A model generated the notes under the pieces. That model was not told where the DNA came from and made no database searches. It saw only the letters and a list, made by a program, of their open reading frames with translations. Shown in pieces: positions 12,401 to 21,400 of a stretch of DNA of 64,000 nt (position 1 is the first letter of the stretch; each line of letters opens with the position of its first letter). The DNA is from Prorocentrum cordatum. Lineage: Eukaryota. Where the stretch lies: the NCBI GenBank assembly GCA_963575745.1, contig CAUYUJ010000229.1:1-64000 (forward strand), written 5' to 3'. A program made the position numbers and the translations under genes.

Positions 12401-15400
12401 CGAGGACGAGGTGGTCGCGCGGACGGGAGAGCGGATGATTTACGGGTGGCCCGGCCAGAGTGACGACCCGATCCCGGCGCGCTCCGTCGGTCGCTTCGCG
12501 AGGGCGTTCCCGTTGGAGTTCCCGATGGGCATCGGCGACCTCTTCGAGGACCGCCCTCGCCGGGTCTCCGTGCAGGAGTGGGTGCAGCACCTGATGCGCT
12601 ACCGCACCGGGCAGTTCGTTGGTGGTCCGCGTGGGCAGCGCGTGATGTGGGCTATGGTGAACGTGCTGCTCCTGAACGAGGCACGGGCGAAGGGCTTCGG
12701 CGTGTATCGGACCATGTACAGGCGGGCGGGGCTCGCGGTGCAGGGCCCGAGTGTGATGACCAAGGGTGGGCTCAGGCAGATCTTGGAGAGCGAGGACCGT
12801 GTGCGGATCCTGGTGGGTCAGCTGGCGAACGTTGGGCGCGACGTGCCCTCGACCACGATGCATTGGTCCTATGAGTCCAAGAAGTTGCAGAGTACCGTGA
12901 AGCACCTGTCCTGGCACCCGCCCTGGGTCGAGGGCCCTCTGGCGGACGGCGCGGAGCATGTCGGCAGGCGGTTCCTGCGCGAGATGGACCTGCCGGCGGG
13001 GAACGGTCGGACTCAGCGCAGGCGGCCTCTCGTGCCGGATGTTGTCGGGCTCGGCCGGCACCCGTCCATCTGGTGGACGCAGAATCCGTTCTACAATGCC
13101 GCGTTTGACATTCAGCGCATGGGAGGAGGCCGGGGGGCGCGGGCGGCAGGGGAGCGCGCTCTCGGGGATTGGGTGGGTGACGGGCGAGAGGAGCGCTTTC
13201 GGTTCGCTCGGGACAACCCGGACCTGGTGGCGTACATGATGGCCCTGCGGGTGGAGCTGAACATGCGGATGGTGATGCCCGCAGTGCTGCCGCACTCTGA
13301 GCAGTTCAAGTACATGGCCATGGCCAGGGCCGAGTGTGGCGCGGGAGGGAATCTGCACTACCACGGGTTCAGCGTAGGGTTGCCGGGGCCCGAGGTTGCG
13401 CGGGTGCGTGCGGACGTGGACGGGGAGGGCGACATGCTCCCGCCGAGCGTGACCAGCGACTTGGCGGCGTGTTTGCCATCGCTGGAGGCGGGGCCGATGG
13501 CTTGGCCCCCGCAGGAGCAGAAGCGCCGCGCCGCTGCTCTCGCGGTCCTGGAGCGGGTGCTGCGCGCCGCTGCCGGCCGGCCAGGCGCGCGTGCATCCAG
13601 GGGTCGCGGGGGTGAGGATACGGCGGCTTCAGGGTCTGGGAGTGAGGATGGCGCGGACGACGACGATGAGGATGAGTTCGTGGGCAGGGCTGATGCGCTG
13701 CTTGACGCGCTGGTGGATCGCGGGTGGTTGGTGATCGTGGATGTTGATGAGGGTGCGCGCGGTCGGGGAGGCGACCGAGATGTTGCGTTCGAGCGTGTCG
13801 GCCGAGAGATTTCCGCGCCTGTGGACGCGCTGGGAGAGAGTCCTGTGGAGGATGGTGAGGGCGGTGACGGCGCAGAGGACGCGGGTGCGGGTTGGCCTGG
13901 TCCCGCGGGGGTCCGCTTGCAGCGCTTGACGGGTGCTGGCGCTGATTTCGGCGTGCTGAAGCCAGAACACGAGAACGTTTCGCTGCAGAGCGTTCTGGAG
14001 AAGCGGTTCTATGAGTTCTTCGGGCACGTGGTCTCGGAGTGGAACCCCTGCTACGATGACGCGGGCGCGTGCAGATACACGTGGGACGACGAGGTTGGGG
14101 CCTTCGATGTTGACGTGGAGATGGAAGACCAGGCTGCTGCTGAGACGTCGGAGGCCCGGGCGGTCCGGAGCGTGCCTGCGTCTGCGCCGGAGTGCTTGAA
14201 CTTGCGGAAGGTTCTGGACGAGGCCTTTCAGTCCGAGGCAGCAGGGACGTTGGACGTGCAGCCGGTTCGGAGAATGGTGTCCGCGCTGGTGAACAGGGTT
14301 GCGCGCCACACGAAGCATGGCATGGGCCCGCCGAAGCTCGGGGTACATGCGTGTGCGCGCGGAAAGGAGGGGTGCGTGTTCTGCCGGTATGATTTTCCGC
14401 GAGAGAGGTGGGGCCGCGTCGGGCCGAGACCGTTCCGGATGGAGAAGGGGCGCAGGGAGGGCCACTGGCAGGCGGTGTTCCCGAGGAACGACCGGCTCTG
14501 CAACAGCTACGAGGAGCACGTGCTCCTGGCCAATATGGGGAACATCGATTGGCGCCCCGTCCTGAACCTGTGGGCCGTTGTGGAGTACGTCACGAAATAT
14601 GCGACGAAAGCGCCCAAGGGCTCGCGGAAGATCAAGGAGGTGCTGGACGACGCCGTCAACGAGGTCTGCGCGTACGTTCCCGACGGCGAGGGCACCGACT
14701 TCCTCCGACGCTCGATCCAGAAGTTCTTCGCTCGGATGCTCGGGGAGAGGGATTACCATTGTTACGAAGTGGCGCTGCTGGGGTTGCGCTTGCCAATGGT
14801 CTTGTCCATGATGCCCGTCGTGACTCTGAACACGACGGGCGCGCGTGCCCTGAAGCCTGCGTCCGCACTGCGGGACAAGTCGGAGGATGAGCCGGTTCAC
14901 TGGGATAGCAAAGTGGACAAGTTCGACAAGCGCCTGGAGTTGGTGCGGCGCCAGCGGGCCCGGGGCGACGGGTCCATCACGGAGGAGGAGGTGCGCGATG
15001 TGTCACTCTTCGAGTTTTACTGGAAGTACGCCGTGTATCGAGGGAAGCTGAGGCGCGGGAACCCTGCGGTGTGCCTGCAGGTGACGCCCGGCTATAGCGC
15101 GGAGTGTGCGAACGTGGAGCACGCCTGCCACGAGGCGTACGCGCGGGCGAACGTCATCGCGCACTGGCGGCACATGGCGACGGCGGACCGCAGAGCCATG
15201 ATCGGTGCAGAGATGCGGCGCGACGTCCGCCCTGTGCCGGAAGTCTGCATTGGGGCCACGGATTTCGTGCCCCATGCTGGGGGCGATCGGTTCCTGGGAG
15301 TGCAGGATCTGTGGTTCAAGTCGGGGGGGGCGGCTTGGAGGGGCAGGGAGGATCGGTTCTGGGGAGATATGTTGATGGAGATGCTCACGGACCCGATGCT

Positions 15401-18400
15401 CCGACAGTGGGTGCCGGCGTGGGTCGTGGAGCAGTACGAACGCGCGAATCCGTTCTACAAGGAGGTGCTGGGCGCAATCTTGGAGGCTGGTGGGGTGCGG
15501 ACCAACCGCGAGCTGCTGAGGCGGACGCGCCGCGAGATGGTGCGTCGGCACCGGGCGCGGCAGCAGGGGCGTGACGCTGGGGCGGGCGACGCCGCGGGCG
15601 ACGTGGGGGGCCAGGAATCCGACGGTGGCTCGAGGGAGGGTGACGCTGGCAGAGAGAGCGATGCGGCGGAGTCGGGGGAGGACGTGGAGGAGCTGGTGGA
15701 CAGACTCGCGCAGAACGCCGAGGACGATCCCAACGAGGAGCCTCGGGATATCGTGTTGCGCGACCCGCGACCAGGGGAGGGTGTGGAGGGTGCCGCAGGT
15801 GCGGGGGAGGTGTCCGAGTGGGATCGCCGCCCAGCGGATGAGCGTGTTAGCGCGGCGGGCCCCGCGGTGCAGGCGGCAGACGTGCGCGTCGGGGATGTGG
15901 CGCGGGAAGACGTTCGCGGGAGGGTGCGTGTGAACCCGAAGGATTTCAATTGGCTGGATGAACCGTGCAATGTGTCGACAGGGGAGAAGCGGCGCCTCGA
16001 GGAGCTGCGCGATGTCTGGTACGGCAAGGCCAACGTGGGTGACGGGGCCGAGGTCGTCTTGCGCGAAGACCTGGACCCCTGGCAGAAGTTTGCCCACGAC
16101 ATCGTTATGGATGGACGCCACTCCGAGAAGGACCCGCTCCGCCTGATGGTCACGGGCGTGGCAGGCACGGGGAAGTCGCGCACGGTGCGTAGTTTTGTGG
16201 CGGCGAGGCGACAGAGGGCGCGTCAGACGGCTCCGCGGACCAGAATGGATCGGGTGCCGGGCCTCCGGGGTGGGATGCGGGAGGGAAGGCGCTCTCAGTC
16301 GGAGATTGATGAGGAGGTGCGGAATTGCTGTTTGCTGGCTGCTCCGACAGGGTGCGCCTCGTTCCAGTTGAAGTATGGGGCGACTACTCTGCACAGGGCT
16401 TTCGGCGTTCCGGTGGGGTACTGCGGGCCTTGGAAGCAAAAGGGCGGTGAACGCTTCTTGCGGACGCGGGGCCGGTTGCGGCAGGCGAAGCTGTTTGTGT
16501 TGGATGAGATGAGTATGATCGGGCGGCAGATGTTGGGGAAGATCGAGTACAAGGTGCAGGACACTCTGGGCACGGATGCGAAGTTTGCGGCACGCGGAGG
16601 AGGCGGAAAAGGAGGAAAGGGGAGGAAGATGGAGGAGGAGAAGCCAGTGTATCTCGGCGGGAAGGATGTCGTGCTGGCAGGAGATCCGCAGCAGGCGCCG
16701 CCCATCGGCGACGATCCGTTGTATCGAATGGGCAAGTATGAGGGGCATGGGAAAAATAAGCCGAGGGGGGCGGAGCGCACTCCAGACGATGCGTGGAGCA
16801 CGGAGAAGTTGGTGGCCACGGGCCAGTTTGTGCGCAATACGTTCCAGGACGTCGCCGTGCTACGGCGCGTGCACAGATGGAGTGGGAAGAAGGAGGGTCT
16901 GTCCGCCGAGCGGCAGGCGGAGTACCGGCGGGATGCCGATCGTTTTCTGGAGGTGACCAAAGGAATGGCGCAGTGCACGTGGGACCAGTCGGATCATGCG
17001 TGGTTGAGGCGCCGGAACAGGTCGGTGCTGCAGATGACGAAGGAGGGCAGGGAGGAGCTCGCAGCGTTCGAGACGGCGCCGCTGCTGATGGATGGCAGGA
17101 AGGATCGGGCGTCGGGTGCCTGCGGCGCGGATAGGGTGAACCTGGAGAGGCTGTACCAGGTGGCGGCTGCCAGTGGCAAGCCCATTGCGTCTCTGCGCGC
17201 CTATCACAATTGGAAGGATAAAAGTAAATCTCGGCCGGAAGAGATGGCGGCCGACGATTTCCGAGGGATCGAGAACGAGCTTCACATGTGTGAAGGGGCG
17301 CGCGTGCTGCTGACGCAGAACTTGTGGGTCGAGGCGGGGTTGATGAACGGGGCGATGGGCACGCTGCGCGGGTACATGTGGCCGGACGGGGCGGACCCGC
17401 ACAACAGTGCGCGCCCGGATCTGCAGGCGCCCATTTGTGTTTTCGTCGAGTTCGACGACGTCGATCTGGGAAAGGACGAGAATGGCGAGCCGCGGTCTTT
17501 CTTCAAGAACGATCCTGTGCGCAAGAACTGGGTGCCCATCTGGAGGCAGACTGTATCGTCCACGACGGAGGACGGCCTCGCGCGCGAGAACTACCCGCTG
17601 CAGCTGGCGTGGGCTTTGACGCACTGGAAGGCGCAGGGGATGACGTTGGCGAAAGTCCGCGTGCACATGTCGGCGAAGACCGCGGCCGTCGCTGGGATCG
17701 GGTTCGTCGCAACGACGCGCGTCAGGCATCCGTGGGACTTGGTGTTCGAGGAAGACTTGCCGGAGTACGCGGACTTCATGCGGGCCAGGCACACGACGGC
17801 GTTCCGGGAGCGCCGTCGGTTCGAGCTGCGGTTGGAGGCGCGCGCTTCGTCAACGTTGCGGAAGTATGGGTACTGCGAGGCGGATTTGTGGACCGCAGAG
17901 GAGAGGTGTGCGGCGGGGAGATTGTTGGGCCGTCTCGAGACCGTCCGTGCGGCGCAGGCGGAGAGGCTCAGAGGTCTGAACAGAGTGGTGGATGATGACA
18001 CTTGGCTCTGGGGTGAGGACGGCGCGCCGTGCGTGTCCGCGTTGGCTGAGGCTGTCGATGCCGAGGCGGGGGGTGATGACGTCGCGCGGCGGCGTCTGAC
18101 CGCCGTGGCTGACAGGCTCCTGGACCGGAAGAGGGTGCGCGGTGTGACGTTGGAGGAACGCGAGGCCGCGCGGGAGCTGGCGGGTGGGGATGCAGAGGAT
18201 TTCTCTGGTGTTGACACGGTGGAAGAGTTGCGGGGGCGTTTGAGGGCTGCCGCTGCGCGGCTGTCGCGGGAGCGCCCAGACGACGACGGAGTGGAGTTGT
18301 TGGGCCGTGTCGCTGACATGATGGTGGATCGGTGGGTGGCGTGTGGGCGGTGGGATGGTCGCGTGTTCGATGTCGTGGAACCGAGCCTGGGCCCGCTGCA

Positions 18401-21400
18401 CATGAGCGCTGTGAAGGAGGCCATGGGTGCGCTGGTGCCGCCGAGACTGCACGGGAGCTTGGATAAGGCGGCCAGGAAGATGAAGGATGCGTTCGGGGAT
18501 GTTCGCGGTGGCTGCGCGCTGCGGATGGACAAGTGGGTCGTGAACGTGCGGTCGGAGGGCGCTCTGGCGGAGGGCAGACTGGAGCGTCAAGCGTTGGAGT
18601 TCTTCCTGAAGGTGGCGCGACAGCTGTGCTCAGGGTTAGACCTGCCGATGACTGTGGCCTCGGCAAAGGTGGGCGAGCACGTCGGCGCGGAGGAGAACCC
18701 AGAGCATTTTGCTCGGGTGGCGCACAACTGGACGAGCGTTTGGGACGCGAGCTGCGTCAGCGATAAGAAGGAGTTGCTGATGGTTGCTGCCGTGGACGCT
18801 CTGAGCGTGTCTGGCGTTCCCCAGGATTGGATCTTCGTGCGCGTCCAGGCTGGTCGGGCGGGGGAGGCGCTCGGGCGTGCCGAGTCTCTGACCGTGTGCG
18901 TGTACGATCGAGGCCGCAGGGAGGCGGTTGCAGGGCGAATCGCTCGGAATATCGACGCGCTGCTGCGGCCGATACAGGCCAGTGATGGGCGGCGCCCGCC
19001 ACCAGTGGTAGAGTTTGGGGAGGCGCCGCACGTTCGGGTGCCTTCGCAGAGGATCGCCGGCGCACTCGGGCTCCTGCTGGGCCACGTTGGTCGCGGGGCC
19101 GGTGCCAGGGTGCTGGATGCGTCGGCGGAGTCGTTCGTGCCAGACGTGTGTCGTGCGTTGCGGGGCGCGTTCGCGTCTTTCCGCGCGGGTGTCGGCGCGC
19201 GGGGTGCGCGGGATGTCATGGAGTTGTTGCTCTCGGACCAGGAGTGCCGTGACGCTCTGGACCTCTTCGGCGTCGCCCCGCGCGCGGATGTGTCTGGGCC
19301 CAGTGCGGCGGGCGCGGGCCGGGCGATGGCGGGTGTGGTGGGGAGGGCCGTGGACGAGGCAGGCGAGGGAGAGGGCCTTGAGGGCGCGTCGACGTTGTCG
19401 TTTGCGACGTGGAACATTGCTGGTGGGCATCGCGCTGCCGTGGCGCCGCATTCCTGGACCGCGCGGGATCAGCGCGCCGCGGTTCTTGGCGAGGTGCTCC
19501 GTTGGAGGCAGGCGCGCGGGTGTGACGTCGTTGCCTTGCAGGAGTGCGAGGGCGGGGGTGCGTACGAGGAGCTGTCAGGGGAGTTTCAATTGGCGGGCGT
19601 TGCGCAGGCGCACGAGTCCAGGGGGTATGTGCATCTGTACGTCAGGCACGGTCTGCGGGCGGAATCTGTGGCTGTGCCAGGGCAGGATCCGTGCGTGCTG
19701 TGCCGTGTCCAGGTGCCCGGAGACGGCGGCGCCGGCGGCGATGGGCACGTGCACGTGGCGGCGGTGCACCTGCCCACGGACGCGTCATGGGAACGGCGTC
19801 GTGCGATACTTGGGAAGATTGTGGCGAAGTGCGGGGACGAATGCCATCGGCTGCTCATCGTGGGCGACATGAACAGCACGGATGCGCAGGTGCAGGCAGC
19901 CGTGGAGCAGTTGCGTCTGAGGGACGCATGGTATGAGGGCCGATCCTGGGGTTGCCCCGGCAATAAGTTCTATTCGGGTCTCGGCGAGAGGGGGGCTGTC
20001 GGCCAGAGACGTGACCGGGTGCTCTTTGGAGCGGATCTCTGGTCCGAGGTGCACTTGGTAGGGAAAGGGAAGGTGTTCTTCGAGGGTTCCGAGTTCCACA
20101 TGTCCGACCACTATGGGCTGTTCGGGTATGTGCGTGCCCACGCGTGCTTTGGATCTCGGGAGCAGAAGATGAGGGCCGTGGCGCAGCGCGCGCGAGTCGT
20201 GCTGCAGGCGACGCGCGATCAGTCACAGAGACTGGAGGGTGTGGAGGTTCAGAGTCGGTTACAGCGTGGTCGAGAGGCCGCGGCGCTGGCCCGGCAGCAG
20301 GCGCAGGAACGAGATCGAGAGGCGTACTTGCGGACGCAGCAGCGGGCTGCCGGCCGCCGACAGCGCCGTCGGGAACAAGCGATATCCGCAGCGTTCGGGC
20401 CACAGAGTTTGTTTGCTTTGGGTCGCCCGGTTCCGCCGCCGCCGAGCCCCTGCCCGCCTCCGCCGCCACCGTGCCCGGCAGACATGTATGTCCCGAACGT
20501 GGCTGGCATTCGCGCGGCTTCGTGGGACAGCGTGCGGTGCGTGCCCGTCCGAGGGATGCCGCGGCCATGGCACACCTGCTACGTGGTCAGTGTGACGCAG
20601 CTGATGTTGCGGACGCCTGCCGTCTTGGAGTGGCTTCGATGGCATTCAGAGCAGCAGTGCGAGGACCGGGGCACGGGGCGTTGTTGCGTGTGCGGGATGT
20701 GGGAGACGTACAACCAGTTGTGCTCGCGACGCTGGCAGCAGGGACCTGTGAGTGTGCTGCGGCGTACGAGCGTTGACTGCGACGACGATGTGATGGGGCG
20801 GCCGAGTGAGTTCAATGACCCGTGGCAGCAGCAGGATGTGTTTGCGTATTGGGGTAAGCTGATGGTGGCTGCGCGTGACGCAGAGATGTTGGCAGGTCGG
20901 TTTGCGCAGCGGGAACCCGATAGCATCCGCGCGGTGAATCTGCGGGTGACGTGCGTTGATCAGATGTTCGGGTTCGTCGTGGAGAAGCGGGAGAAGTGTG
21001 ACGTGTGCAATTACGAGACTGTCGCGTACGAGGCTGAGGATGTGCTGAAGCTGCGTGTTCATGGGCGTCCAGGTGGGCCCTTGATGCTGCAGGAGTTGTA
21101 CTGCGACTTTTGTGCTCCTGAAGATATCGAGAAGAGCTGCCCGGGGTGCTGCCGCGACGAGCACGACCGGGTTAAGCACGTGAGGCAGACGAGAGCCACT
21201 GGTGTGCCACAGGTTCTGGTGGTTCAATTGAGGAGGGGCTCCGAGGCGCGGGAGGCAGTGTGGGTGGAAGAGCAACTGAGGCTGCCAGGGCTTCCCCAGA
21301 TGCAGTTGGTCGGTGTGGTTTACCATAATGGGCGGTCAGTTAATTGCGGCCATTACACGACTCTGTGCCGCGTTCATGATGGGAGGTACTTCATGTTTGA

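Noticed and set aside
19395..20135. LINE retrotransposon suggested by the APE-like domain
   Set aside because: No RT follows; the domain is in frame with the Rep-helicase.
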